A stretch of 64,000 nt of DNA, from NCBI GenBank assembly GCA_021209525.1, contig JAJOIF010000004.1:35730-99729 (forward strand), in the 5' to 3' direction. The notes beneath the pieces were generated by a model. That model did no database searches and was not told the DNA's origin. It saw only the letters and a program-made list of their open reading frames with translations. Positions 1 through 8,155 of this stretch are shown piece by piece. The DNA is from Minisyncoccota bacterium. Its GTDB lineage: Bacteria > Patescibacteriota > Minisyncoccia > Phycocordibacterales > UBA1006. The number at the start of each line of letters is the position of its first letter. The stretch's first letter is position 1. Made by a program: the position numbers and the translations under genes.

Positions 1-1
1 G

Positions 2-142
2 GCTCTCGTCTTTCTTGAAAGAAAAACACGAGATATGTACGACTTTTTGAAGTCACGCATCAAAGGAAAAGTAGTGCCTCGTATCACCTTTATCAAAGAT
101 GAGGGAGAGAAAAACAGACAACGTATTGACCTCTTGGTATAA
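2..142 (+). CDS. 3' end of an upstream gene (partial; C-terminal 46 aa ...RIDLLV*)
   Basis: Open frame enters the window and stops at TAA 140-142; product not recognisable from the fragment. Confidence 0.3.
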   Translation, partial: ALVFLERKTRDMYDFLKSRIKGKVVPRITFIKDEGEKNRQRIDLLV

Positions 143-195
143 AAAACGTAATATAGTACTGTATTTTCAAGATACATCGATCTGTTCAAGATCGT

Positions 196-267
196 GGCGT
201 GGTGGCGAAGTGGTAACGCTGCGGTCTGCAAAACCGCCATGCGCGGGTTCGATTCCCGCCCACGCCT
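196..267 (+). tRNA. tRNA-Cys (GCA)
   Basis: Cloverleaf read by eye: acceptor GGCGTGG/CCACGCC, anticodon arm GCGGT-CTGCAAA-ACCGC, T-arm GCGGG-TTCGATT-CCCGC. Confidence 0.85.
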
Positions 268-304
268 CAGAGTGATTCATTCACTCTATCAGACACACCC
301 ACTT

Positions 305-386
305 GCCGGAGTGGTGAAATTGGTAGACACGCTTGCCTTAGGAGCAAGTGCCTTCGGGCATGCTGGTTCGAGTCCAGTCTCCGGCA
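305..386 (+). tRNA. tRNA-Leu (TAG), long variable arm
   Basis: Acceptor GCCGGAG/CTCCGGC, anticodon loop CTTAGGA, long variable arm, T-loop GGTTCGAGTCC. Confidence 0.85.
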
Positions 387-414
387 CCCATAGAGAAGAT
401 TATCTTCCCTATTT

Positions 415-495
<81 letters not shown>

Positions 496-575
496 ACGAG
501 AGGAATGACGAGTACATCTGGTTGTATGCTCTTTAGAGTATACATTGAGGGCGAGCTCTTTTTCATTGTAGATAT

Positions 576-659
576 GCCGAGATGGTGGAATAGGTAGACA
601 CGAGGGACTTAAAATCCCTTGCTAGCAATGGCGTGCGGGTTCGATTCCCGCTCTCGGCA
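576..659 (+). tRNA. tRNA-Leu (TAA), long variable arm
   Basis: Acceptor GCCGAGA/TCTCGGC, anticodon arm with loop CTTAAAA, T-arm GCGGG-TTCGATT-CCCGC. Confidence 0.85.
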
Positions 660-1012
660 CAGAAAATATTAGTTCTGCAAGCGATAGCTTGTGGAACTTT
701 TATTTTCGTGTTGAGACGGGAATCAAAAAAAGTGAGCAATGCCGCACGGAGCAGAGCGAGTACGGCGCGAACGGCGTGGTCAGGCGAATGAGCTCGCAGC
801 GAGCACTTATGTGCGAAGCGAGAGCCATGAGGGTGACCGATTCCCGCTCTCGGCACAGCTTAAAGTGCCCTGGCCCGCTCAGCGGGTCCTCGGCACAGAA
901 AATACACGCCACGTGGTGTCACAGATGATATGATCCCTATGTGCGTGTTTTACGTTACATAAATATATTTGACGTGGTTACTTCTACAAGCGATAGCTTG
1001 CAGAACTTTTAC
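660..1012. repeat. Degenerate direct repeats of the tRNA-Leu(TAA) 3' end plus its downstream flank (att-like scars) enclosing a ~330-bp GC-rich segment
   Basis: cgattcccgctctcggcacag (639-659) recurs at 839-858. ctcggcacagaaaata (651-667) recurs at 888-905. tctgcaagcgatagcttgtggaactttta (676-704) recurs as tctacaagcgatagcttgcagaactttta at 983-1011. Confidence 0.5.
676..712 (+). terminator. Candidate rho-independent terminator of the tRNA cluster (short palindrome caagc-gat-agcttg then T-rich tract)
   Basis: Palindrome CAAGCgatAGCTTG followed by gaacttttattttcg. Confidence 0.35.
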
Positions 1013-1162
1013 ATTTGCCGCGTTTACCCCATCAGCCCCGTCAGACGGGTTAGGCGAGGCCAATGCGGCATGCTTGCGTATTCCGGGAATGGGTGGTTAT
1101 AAAATTTGACTTTTATACCTAATTATGCTATAATATACTTAAATACGGACTTTGAAAATGCG

Positions 1163-1229
1163 TGTTAGTGAATATATTCCCCGTGATATTTCGTTGGTAG
1201 TATATTCACTAACACTAAAAAAATAAAAA
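1163..1229 (+). promoter_or_regulatory. 70-bp palindromic leader, copy 1 (16-bp inverted repeat GTGTTAGTGAATATAT / ATATATTCACTAACAC with ~24-nt spacer) ending at the ATG of the downstream gene
   Basis: Near-identical copy (1 mismatch) at 1713-1779. Contains TATATT -10-like hexamers. Confidence 0.5.
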
Positions 1230-1622
1230 ATGAAAATATTTACAATCATCGCTGTGATATTTCTAGGAATCTTCACGGTAAACCTCTTGATCAAACCATT
1301 TGGTCAAGGAAGTATAGAAAAAATTTCTCATATTCAAGATGAATATGAGGGCAGAGGTCTTTCTCCTGGTGATTTTTGTTTTTCGCTGTACAAAAGCGAA
1401 GAGCAGGCCAAGAAAAAAGGCTATAATGTGACCCTGCCTACGGGCAAGACACAAGTATGGCGTGTACCCAACATAGATATAGTGATTGCCGACAAGTACG
1501 GCATCATTATCGGTGAAATAGGGCCCGGCAAGCCCTACTTGCCCATCAATGGAAATAAATTCTATGTATGGGCAAAAGAAAAAAAATATACAGGTGAAAC
1601 ATTCTGTATAGAAATTAAGTAG
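1230..1622 (+). CDS. Small membrane-anchored protein (N-terminal TM, beta-rich C-terminal domain); possible NfeD-like partner of the downstream SPFH protein
   Basis: ORF with N-terminal hydrophobic segment MKIFTIIAVIFLGIFTVNLLI. Sits next to an SPFH gene. Shares the same 70-bp leader. Confidence 0.45.
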   Translation: MKIFTIIAVIFLGIFTVNLLIKPFGQGSIEKISHIQDEYEGRGLSPGDFCFSLYKSEEQAKKKGYNVTLPTGKTQVWRVPNIDIVIADKYGIIIGEIGPGKPYLPINGNKFYVWAKEKKYTGETFCIEIK

Positions 1623-1636
1623 CTCTGTGTAAAAAT

Positions 1637-1672
1637 TAAAGCAAGTCAAAAGACTTGCTTTTTTATTTTATA
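1637..1672 (+). terminator. Rho-independent terminator
   Basis: Hairpin aagcaagtc-aaaa-gacttgctt followed by TTTTTTATTTT. Confidence 0.5.
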
Positions 1673-1712
1673 TATGTTATAATACATATAAATAAGAGCC
1701 TTAACAAAGATG

Positions 1713-1779
1713 TGCTAGTGAATATATTCCCCGTGATATTTCGTTGGTAGTATATTCACTAACACTAAAAAAATAAAAA
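1713..1779 (+). promoter_or_regulatory. 70-bp palindromic leader, copy 2
   Basis: Identical to 1163-1229 except one T/C difference. Ends at the ATG of the SPFH gene. Confidence 0.5.
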
Positions 1780-2829
1780 ATGAAAGAAACAACAAGAGAA
1801 TTTGCTGGTGGAGACATTGCCAGTAATTACCTCATCTCATCAGTACTTGCTGCAGGTGTAGGATTCATATGTGCACTCATTGGCTATGTTGTAATAACAA
1901 TAGCTGGTGAACTTACGGATTCTTTGGGAGGTATTATTCCCAAAGAGGTAAAAACTGGGATCAGCATAGGCCTTGCGCTTATGGGAATCATGGTATTCAA
2001 GGGCAAGATGAAAAACTGGGCTCACCAGGTAAAGGTGGGAGAGGTTCACATTGTAACCTTTTTTGGTCAACCAACCGAAACCATCCTTGAACCGGGAGAC
2101 AGATTTCTTCCTTTCAAGAAAAAGGTGTTTGATATTATTATTAGGAGTATTTTAATTGAGAGTATTGCATCAAAAGACAAAGTAGATGCAATATCAAAAG
2201 ATACTATTCCTTTATCAATTGATAATGTAGAAATACGCTATCAATTAGACAAGGATAATATCTTGAAAACTCTTGATGTCAACCTTGACACACTCAAGAA
2301 AGACCTGGAGTCAAATGTACTTACCTTTGTACGCCAGGTGATTAGTAAACTTGAGTGGGATAAAGTTACCGGGATAAAGGATTTGACGAATGGACTCCGT
2401 TTTGACAAAAATAAATCGGAGACAGAAATCAAAGCCGAGCTGGAGAAAAAATTTGAAGACATTGGCGTTCATGCCGATGATATTAAAATTTGCATTGAAT
2501 ACGCAATGTCAATCTTAGAACAAAGCAAGCAATACGGATTTGTAGTACTTGCTATTCAAATCGGAGATGTTATTTTATCTGAAGCGTTTAAAAAAGCAGC
2601 CGAGAAAAAGAAAATCGAAGAATTTGAAAGGGATGCCGAGCGTACTGAGGCTAATCACACCCTTGAATTAGTTGATGCGATGGTTAATCGCATGATAGCA
2701 CAAGACCCTACCATCAACAAAAAAGAAGCCTACGAGATCGCGGTGGCAAATGCCAACATGATCAAAGGCAAAGACGTTAAAATCATCCACACTTCTGGAA
2801 AAGGAGGCGGATTGATTAATAATGTGTAA
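1780..2829 (+). CDS. SPFH/band-7 (stomatin/prohibitin/flotillin-like) membrane protein
   Basis: N-terminal TM. Motifs resemble the SPFH core (HIVTFFGQP...ILEPGDRFLPF; ISKDTIPLSIDNVEIRYQL; VVLAIQIGDVIL...AAEKKK...AE). Confidence 0.55.
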   Translation: MKETTREFAGGDIASNYLISSVLAAGVGFICALIGYVVITIAGELTDSLGGIIPKEVKTGISIGLALMGIMVFKGKMKNWAHQVKVGEVHIVTFFGQPTETILEPGDRFLPFKKKVFDIIIRSILIESIASKDKVDAISKDTIPLSIDNVEIRYQLDKDNILKTLDVNLDTLKKDLESNVLTFVRQVISKLEWDKVTGIKDLTNGLRFDKNKSETEIKAELEKKFEDIGVHADDIKICIEYAMSILEQSKQYGFVVLAIQIGDVILSEAFKKAAEKKKIEEFERDAERTEANHTLELVDAMVNRMIAQDPTINKKEAYEIAVANANMIKGKDVKIIHTSGKGGGLINNV

Positions 2830-2845
2830 TCCTAATTTTTACAAA

Positions 2846-2916
2846 CAAAATCCTACGCAGTATTGCGTAGGATTTTTTCTATACAAAAAAACCGCCCATG
2901 TAGATGAGCGGTTTTT
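2846..2916. terminator. Two hairpins forming a bidirectional terminator region between convergent genes
   Basis: aatcctacgcagtattgcgtaggatttttt and aaaccgcccatgtagatgagcggttttt. Confidence 0.5.
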
Positions 2917-2924
2917 ATTGTGTA

Positions 2925-3218
2925 TTAGATTCTAATATCAGCACCAAGCGTATTAATGAGAATACGCATAATACCAAATACTGAAACCATAATAAACATA
3001 CCAATGATTCCCCAGAGCATATGCTGCCTTCCCTCTTGAGCTTTTTCAGTATTTCCCTGTTTATAAACAAAAAATTGAAGCATACCAATTAAAAAGAGGA
3101 CGAGTGCCAGCGCAAAAAAGAATACAATGAGCGGATTAATGATGACTTCGTATACACGAGCCATAAAATTTCCTACATTATCTTCAAGTGTTTGTGCAAA
3201 TGCGGTAAGTGGAAACAT
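2925..3218 (-). CDS. Small secreted/membrane 'pilin-like' protein, paralog family member 1 (C-terminal TM-loop-TM hairpin)
   Basis: C-terminus LIVFFFALALVLFLIGMLQFFVYKQGNTEKAQEGRQHMLWGIIGMFIMVSVFGIMRILINTLG is shared with the next four genes. N-terminus looks like a truncated signal peptide. Confidence 0.5.
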   Translation of the reverse strand: MFPLTAFAQTLEDNVGNFMARVYEVIINPLIVFFFALALVLFLIGMLQFFVYKQGNTEKAQEGRQHMLWGIIGMFIMVSVFGIMRILINTLGADIRI

Positions 3219-3226
3219 AAAAAATA

Positions 3227-3589
3227 CTAGAGTACAACACCAGGGATTTGTGACGGCGCGAGAGTTCCTCCTTGCTGAATACCAAAGGTATTGTTAACAA
3301 TACGAATCACTCCAAAAATAGATACCATCAAGAAAAGCGCGATAATTCCTTGAAGCATTACATCCCGCCCTGCTGCTTTTTTGGTATCATCTTTTGCAAT
3401 GATATAATTAACCATTCCCCAAATAAAGTACACAAGTCCAAGTGTAATCAAAATAGGGATAATTCTACCTAAGAGCGTACCAATAGTTTGTAAAATATTT
3501 CCTGCATTTGGTCCTGTAGATACGGTAATTTGAGCAAATGTTGCAAATGGTGTCAAAAGTGTTGCAAGGGCTCCTAAAAATTTTTTCAT
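3227..3589 (-). CDS. Small secreted 'pilin-like' protein, paralog 2 (signal peptide + C-terminal double-TM hairpin)
   Basis: Signal peptide MKKFLGALATLLTPFATFAQ. C-terminus IPILITLGLVYFIWGMVNYIIAKDDTKKAAGRDVMLQGIIALFLMVSIFGVIRIVNNTFG. Confidence 0.55.
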   Translation of the reverse strand: MKKFLGALATLLTPFATFAQITVSTGPNAGNILQTIGTLLGRIIPILITLGLVYFIWGMVNYIIAKDDTKKAAGRDVMLQGIIALFLMVSIFGVIRIVNNTFGIQQGGTLAPSQIPGVVL

Positions 3590-3699
3590 AGTTATGAATG
3601 ATGTTAATTATAAATAAACGACATGTAATCTAATAATGTGTACCTTTTATTATACTACAGAGTATTGGGAAAGGTAAAGAGGAAGGGGTAAAAAATATA

Positions 3700-4095
3700 T
3701 TATCGAAACTGTGGAATAGCAAAAACACTGAGGCCGAAAGTATTGGTGAGCATTGCAACAATTCCCCAAATAGAAATCATAACAAATAACCCAATGATGC
3801 TCCACAACATGAACTGACGCCCTTCTTCACGCTTTGTTTGATCTCCGGCATTTGCAATAAACTTAACCATACCAAACATAAACATAACGAGCGCCAGAGA
3901 AATAATGAGGGGTACAATAGTTCGACTAAGGAGGCACGTGCCGTACACAAAAATATCTCCCAAAGTATTAAATTGTGCGGCACATGTATTGCTTTGCCCT
4001 TGTTGTGCATACGTGACAAGCGGCATACCGAGCAGTGTAATTGCGCCAAAACCTGTGGTATAAAGTGATTGTTGTAGTCTGGTGAAGTATTTCAT
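3700..4095 (-). CDS. Small secreted 'pilin-like' protein, paralog 3
   Basis: Start chosen at MKYFTRL (signal-peptide-like), which removes the overlap with the next gene. C-terminal LIISLALVMFMFGMVKFIANAGDQTKREEGRQFMLWSIIGLFVMISIWGIVAMLTNTFG. Confidence 0.5.
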   Translation of the reverse strand: MKYFTRLQQSLYTTGFGAITLLGMPLVTYAQQGQSNTCAAQFNTLGDIFVYGTCLLSRTIVPLIISLALVMFMFGMVKFIANAGDQTKREEGRQFMLWSIIGLFVMISIWGIVAMLTNTFGLSVFAIPQFR

Positions 4096-4117
4096 AGAAG
4101 TAATAGCTTGGGACATA

Positions 4118-4615
4118 TTAAGCTCGTAATTGATTAATCGTACCGGCAATAGCATTTGCAATAATCACAGCTCCGAGCACGAGCGCTCCGCCGATAATAA
4201 CATAGAGGAATGTTTGCTTGGCCTCTTTGAGTTTATTAGGATCTCCTTGAGCCGCAATAAAGAGAAAGCCTGAATAAATAATAGCGAGTGCCACTAATGG
4301 TACAGCAATAAGTAGAGCGATATTTAAAATAGTGCTCACAAGACTTGGAATACTATCTACCGACCCTTCGAGAGGGTTTTTAAGATATGCAAAATCAGCA
4401 CCACGAGTACTTGATGTATCGCCAGGCCCCATAGTATCAGGATCATTTGTAGTTCCTCCGCCCGCGGCTGGAGTTGAGGTGGTCCCTCCTCCACCTATTG
4501 TATCTGAAACGGAAATCTGTCCATGCACAATATATTGCGGAGTCACTCCAATCAAGAAGAATACTCCGAAAAGCACGAATAAATATTTAATTGCGGTAAT
4601 GGTTATGTATTTCAT
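4118..4615 (-). CDS. Secreted 'pilin-like' protein, paralog 4, with Gly/Thr-rich linker
   Basis: Start chosen at MKYITITAIKYLFVLFGVFFLIG. Linker GGGGTTSTPAAGGGTTNDPD. C-terminal IALLIAVPLVALAIIYSGFLFIAAQGDPNKLKEAKQTFLYVIIGGALVLGAVIIANAIAG. Confidence 0.5.
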   Translation of the reverse strand: MKYITITAIKYLFVLFGVFFLIGVTPQYIVHGQISVSDTIGGGGTTSTPAAGGGTTNDPDTMGPGDTSSTRGADFAYLKNPLEGSVDSIPSLVSTILNIALLIAVPLVALAIIYSGFLFIAAQGDPNKLKEAKQTFLYVIIGGALVLGAVIIANAIAGTINQLRA

Positions 4616-4664
4616 GATATATCTCTTATGAATAAAATCTTTCTTATTGTACGTCACTTATGAC

Positions 4665-6758
4665 CTAGAAATCAAGGAAGCGGTATGCTTGATCGACACC
4701 AAGCGTTGAAAGGATCAGACTAACAATGAGCCATGCTGCCATAACAAATATAATTCCAAGCACTACTTTTCCAAAAATACTGCTTGCGAGTTTTCTCTTG
4801 TCTGGACTGGCACCACCGGTAATATACAAGAATCCGGCATACATAAATGCAATAGCTGCAATTGGGAAAATGAGCGCAAATGCAAAATTGATAAGGTTTT
4901 GAATGAGAATGATAATATGTTTAAATTCACAATCTTCGAGACCTGAGTGTCCACATGGTACCAATCCTACTTCTGAAACTGCATATTGCGTATTAGTTGA
5001 AAAACCCGCAAAAGCTTGATTGCCGGCACGCGGCTCACCAATATTACCTTGCCCTGAACCTGAAATAGAACCAGAAATTGGACCAGTTACATTTCCTTCA
5101 AATGCACCGCTGTCAATACTGCCGGAGGTCGGACCAGTTACATTTCCTTCAAATGCACCGCTGTCAATACTGCCGGAGGTCGGACCAGTTACATTTCCAG
5201 AAAAGGCACTGCTGTCAATATCCCCTGACGATATTGACTCTGGATCTAAAATCATCCCTAAAGATGTTCCTGCAATAGGTACTCCATCTTCGTACACTAA
5301 TGCAAAATACTCTCTGTTCATAGTGATAGGAATTCTTTGTGTGCCGTCAATTGATTCATAATTACTAAAGAAATTAAAAGCAAAAGATCTATTACCTGTA
5401 CCATAGACACGCTCAGTATCGGTAATAATTTGACTTGTCCATGATGAACCGATACTAAAATCAATACGCCCCACTCCTGTACGAGGCGTGCGCATATCCA
5501 CCGCATAACTGATTACATTTTGAAAATCAGGCGTGCGGCTTATAAAGCCAGCAAATTGCTGACTTTCAAATTTTACATCAATAGCATTTGCGGGTTCTGC
5601 AAATGCGGGTGTTTGTTGAAATGAAGCCAATTGGCCATTTACATAGAGTCCAAGGTAATATTTTTGACCTGGCACCACAAAATTATCACTATGCTGTGTC
5701 GGATCATATGTTCTATAGTAATAAAAAGATGGTGATGAGAGTACTTCACGAATCAATATTTTTGAATTATGCTGCGCAAAGTTTGGTGTCTCGCTCAATA
5801 CTACAGCAATATCAATTTCTGATTGATTCCCAGGGAAATCACCTAAATCACCCTGCAAAAGAATATCAAAAATATAATCATCATATTCATCAAGTTCTAC
5901 ATCAATGAGCCATCGGATAAATGGTCGATAACTTACCCGAAAATAGGACCCTGATTCTGTTTCAGGAAATGAAGATGATTCTGTTTCTGTAATCTGCGTA
6001 AAACCAGAAGATGTTGTAGAGAGCGTTCCTTGTCCTGTTGAAAAAGGAAGTGGCCCAGGCACTGCAGAGGCAAATGCCTGCTGGCTAATAAATGACCAAG
6101 ATGAAGAAAGCGCTTCGCCCGGACTTTGTCGAAATGCATACGACCCTAATGTGTATGAATTAAAAAGTGTTCGAGGTACATTATTGCCACGTATGTATAC
6201 ACGAACTACGAGAGGTGTATTTTGAGGTAATATAGCTGCAGGATTAAGGCTATTGTCAGCACGCACACCACGTTCATCAATTACAATAGCATCAAGTGGT
6301 TGAATGGAGGATCGGAATTGAATAACATTATCACCATTCACATCAAATGCCGCGGCAATGGGAACTTCATGAATACGGTGCCATAATTCCCCTTGCATAT
6401 CTTCGAGATGGAATTCTAATACATAATTTTGAGCAAGAGCAGCATCGGCATAATAAATAGCCGGAGATACAGCAATATAATTTTCAAAAACCTCGGCAGT
6501 GAATACAGTACCATTTGCTTGCTGTTGCGTATGCAAGAAATTTGTATCCGGAGTAATAAAACGATGTCCCGTTTGTAATTTTTGAGGAACTTGAAAACCT
6601 TGCGTATTTGCACCTGTCCAATCAATGGTGATAAGGTCAGTTGGCAATGTTGATTGCGCATGCACATAGCCGCCGATCACACCAAAAATCGCAACGCATG
6701 CAACTGCTAGCAAGAATCCTTTTTTGAAAAATGTAGTAATGAAAGAATGAGATGACAT
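4665..6758 (-). CDS. Large secreted surface protein (697 aa) with 17-aa tandem repeats and the same C-terminal double-TM 'pilin-like' domain
   Basis: Signal peptide, large extracellular region, repeats TSGSIDSGAFEGNVTGP. C-terminal FALIFPIAAIAFMYAGFLYITGGASPDKRKLASSIFGKVVLGIIFVMAAWLIVSLILSTLG. Confidence 0.6.
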   Translation of the reverse strand: MSSHSFITTFFKKGFLLAVACVAIFGVIGGYVHAQSTLPTDLITIDWTGANTQGFQVPQKLQTGHRFITPDTNFLHTQQQANGTVFTAEVFENYIAVSPAIYYADAALAQNYVLEFHLEDMQGELWHRIHEVPIAAAFDVNGDNVIQFRSSIQPLDAIVIDERGVRADNSLNPAAILPQNTPLVVRVYIRGNNVPRTLFNSYTLGSYAFRQSPGEALSSSWSFISQQAFASAVPGPLPFSTGQGTLSTTSSGFTQITETESSSFPETESGSYFRVSYRPFIRWLIDVELDEYDDYIFDILLQGDLGDFPGNQSEIDIAVVLSETPNFAQHNSKILIREVLSSPSFYYYRTYDPTQHSDNFVVPGQKYYLGLYVNGQLASFQQTPAFAEPANAIDVKFESQQFAGFISRTPDFQNVISYAVDMRTPRTGVGRIDFSIGSSWTSQIITDTERVYGTGNRSFAFNFFSNYESIDGTQRIPITMNREYFALVYEDGVPIAGTSLGMILDPESISSGDIDSSAFSGNVTGPTSGSIDSGAFEGNVTGPTSGSIDSGAFEGNVTGPISGSISGSGQGNIGEPRAGNQAFAGFSTNTQYAVSEVGLVPCGHSGLEDCEFKHIIILIQNLINFAFALIFPIAAIAFMYAGFLYITGGASPDKRKLASSIFGKVVLGIIFVMAAWLIVSLILSTLGVDQAYRFLDF
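5080..5232. repeat. 51-bp tandem repeat (two perfect units plus degenerate flanking copies) inside the 697-aa surface-protein gene
   Basis: ggaccagttacatttccttcaaatgcaccgctgtcaatactgccggaggtc at 5080-5130 and 5131-5181, with a diverged third unit. Confidence 0.85.
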
Positions 6759-6762
6759 AATA

Positions 6763-8052
6763 TTATGGTAATAATTGAACTAATCCTGCATGCATACGAC
6801 GTATTGCATCGTCTACGCGAACTCTACCTGATGCCGTGTCTTGAATGACAGCGCGCCAGAGTTCACGCGTCGCTTGAGGGTCTGGATCGGGCCACGACCT
6901 TGCACTGATAGCACTATTATAAAACATAAGCCATAGAGGATCTGTGGGTGTCTCTCGTAATAATGATCGCTGCACTGGTGGCACAAAGAATTGATCCCGA
7001 AGGTACGCCCCTGCAAATGGTTGAGCAAATTGCTGTGCGACCAAATATGCGCCTGGGATATTTTGAGACATACGACTTATCCCCACAAAAGTGAGACGAC
7101 CTGATGTTGCGCGTAATTGTGTGTCCCGCATTTGAGGCATCATACGCACATCAAAATTCAAATTCGGATTACGTTCTCGTAATAATCGCGCTTCACTTGC
7201 ATATCCAAAATACAGAGCAAGCGTTCCTTCAATGAATGCGTCTTGATCATTTTTTTGAGCGGTGCTCCATGAGTACGCTGGCTGCGCAGGATTTGAAAAA
7301 GTTGTGTAGAAACGAACCGCAGATGCTGCAACACCTCCTTCTTGAAAAACAACCACGGGTTCACGAGCTTCGTTACGCCCCACGAGAGGATTACCCGCTT
7401 GGAGCATAATGAGTTCAAGCACATCGGTCCCATGCGTAATATTTGCAAATGTACCCATTGCCACGAGAGACTGACGCAGTGCTCCTGCGTCGTTTTTTTG
7501 TACAATACGAGGCGCCAAAGCAAAAAACTCATCCCAAAAAACAGGAGGATCTACGACAAAAGAAGATGCGAGAATATCTCGGTTTACATACATAACCATT
7601 GGGTCAACCATAATAGGAAAACCAAGAACCCCTTCGGTGTCAACAAGCATTTCCGCCTGATCAATAAAGGTTTCGCGCACTGTTTCTGGTGGATAGCTTT
7701 CAAAAGGAATAGCAAATAATTTATTACGATGCGCAAGGAGTGTTTCATCGGTCACAAAAAAGAGATCAGGGCCTCTTCCTTCTGCAAGGGCACGTAATAA
7801 TTCACGGTCAAATGTTTGTGCATCTTTTTGAATATAGGAAACTGAAAGATTGGGGTACAAATCATCAATAGTTGTAATGAGCGGTGCCATGCCTTCTTGA
7901 GGTAAGGTACCCCACACAACGATAGCACCTGAAGGGCCGGCATTCCTCCCTCCTCCGCCTTGGCTCCCTGATGTTGCAAAAAGTGCAAAACCGATCAAGG
8001 CTCCTATTCCAAAAATAATGAGAAAGATTGTTTGAAAGTCTAATTTTTGCAT
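6763..8052 (-). CDS. Membrane-anchored extracellular solute-binding-like protein (ABC SBP family 1 fold)
   Basis: N-terminal TM, Gly-rich linker. Motifs IVVWGTLPQ..., GPDLFFVTD, MYVNRDIL are typical of MalE-like SBPs. First gene of the operon. Confidence 0.5.
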   Translation of the reverse strand: MQKLDFQTIFLIIFGIGALIGFALFATSGSQGGGGRNAGPSGAIVVWGTLPQEGMAPLITTIDDLYPNLSVSYIQKDAQTFDRELLRALAEGRGPDLFFVTDETLLAHRNKLFAIPFESYPPETVRETFIDQAEMLVDTEGVLGFPIMVDPMVMYVNRDILASSFVVDPPVFWDEFFALAPRIVQKNDAGALRQSLVAMGTFANITHGTDVLELIMLQAGNPLVGRNEAREPVVVFQEGGVAASAVRFYTTFSNPAQPAYSWSTAQKNDQDAFIEGTLALYFGYASEARLLRERNPNLNFDVRMMPQMRDTQLRATSGRLTFVGISRMSQNIPGAYLVAQQFAQPFAGAYLRDQFFVPPVQRSLLRETPTDPLWLMFYNSAISARSWPDPDPQATRELWRAVIQDTASGRVRVDDAIRRMHAGLVQLLP

Positions 8053-8155
8053 ACGATACGATATATTATAAGTTGTTCCTTATTGTACCACATCAATTCC
8101 TTTTTGTAGCATACACCTGTGTATACCTCTTTCTATCGCCGTATGTGCGCTGCGA

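Noticed and set aside
563-933. Four overlapping ORFs (563..856 -, 689..928 +, 700..912 -, 739..933 +)
   Set aside because: They span tRNA-Leu and the GC-rich tRNA-fragment repeat region. High GC produces long chance ORFs on both strands. There are no coding signatures
1263-1649. 128-aa minus-strand ORF opposite 1230..1622
   Set aside because: Fully antisense to the gene that carries the shared leader, ATG context and terminator. No independent signals
3700-4657. 44-nt overlap between ORFs 3700..4161 and 4118..4657 suggesting overlapping genes
   Set aside because: Both proteins have better starts at internal Met residues preceding signal-peptide-like segments (4095 and 4615). This removes the overlap
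5080-5232. CRISPR array
   Set aside because: The only regular tandem repeats in the window are these coding 51-bp units with no unique spacers. No repeat-spacer architecture was seen elsewhere in the window (visual scan only). No cas genes are present
5020-5361. Plus-strand ORFs 5020..5361 and 5078..5278 with repetitive peptides
   Set aside because: They are antisense reading of the 51-bp tandem repeats of the minus-strand surface-protein gene
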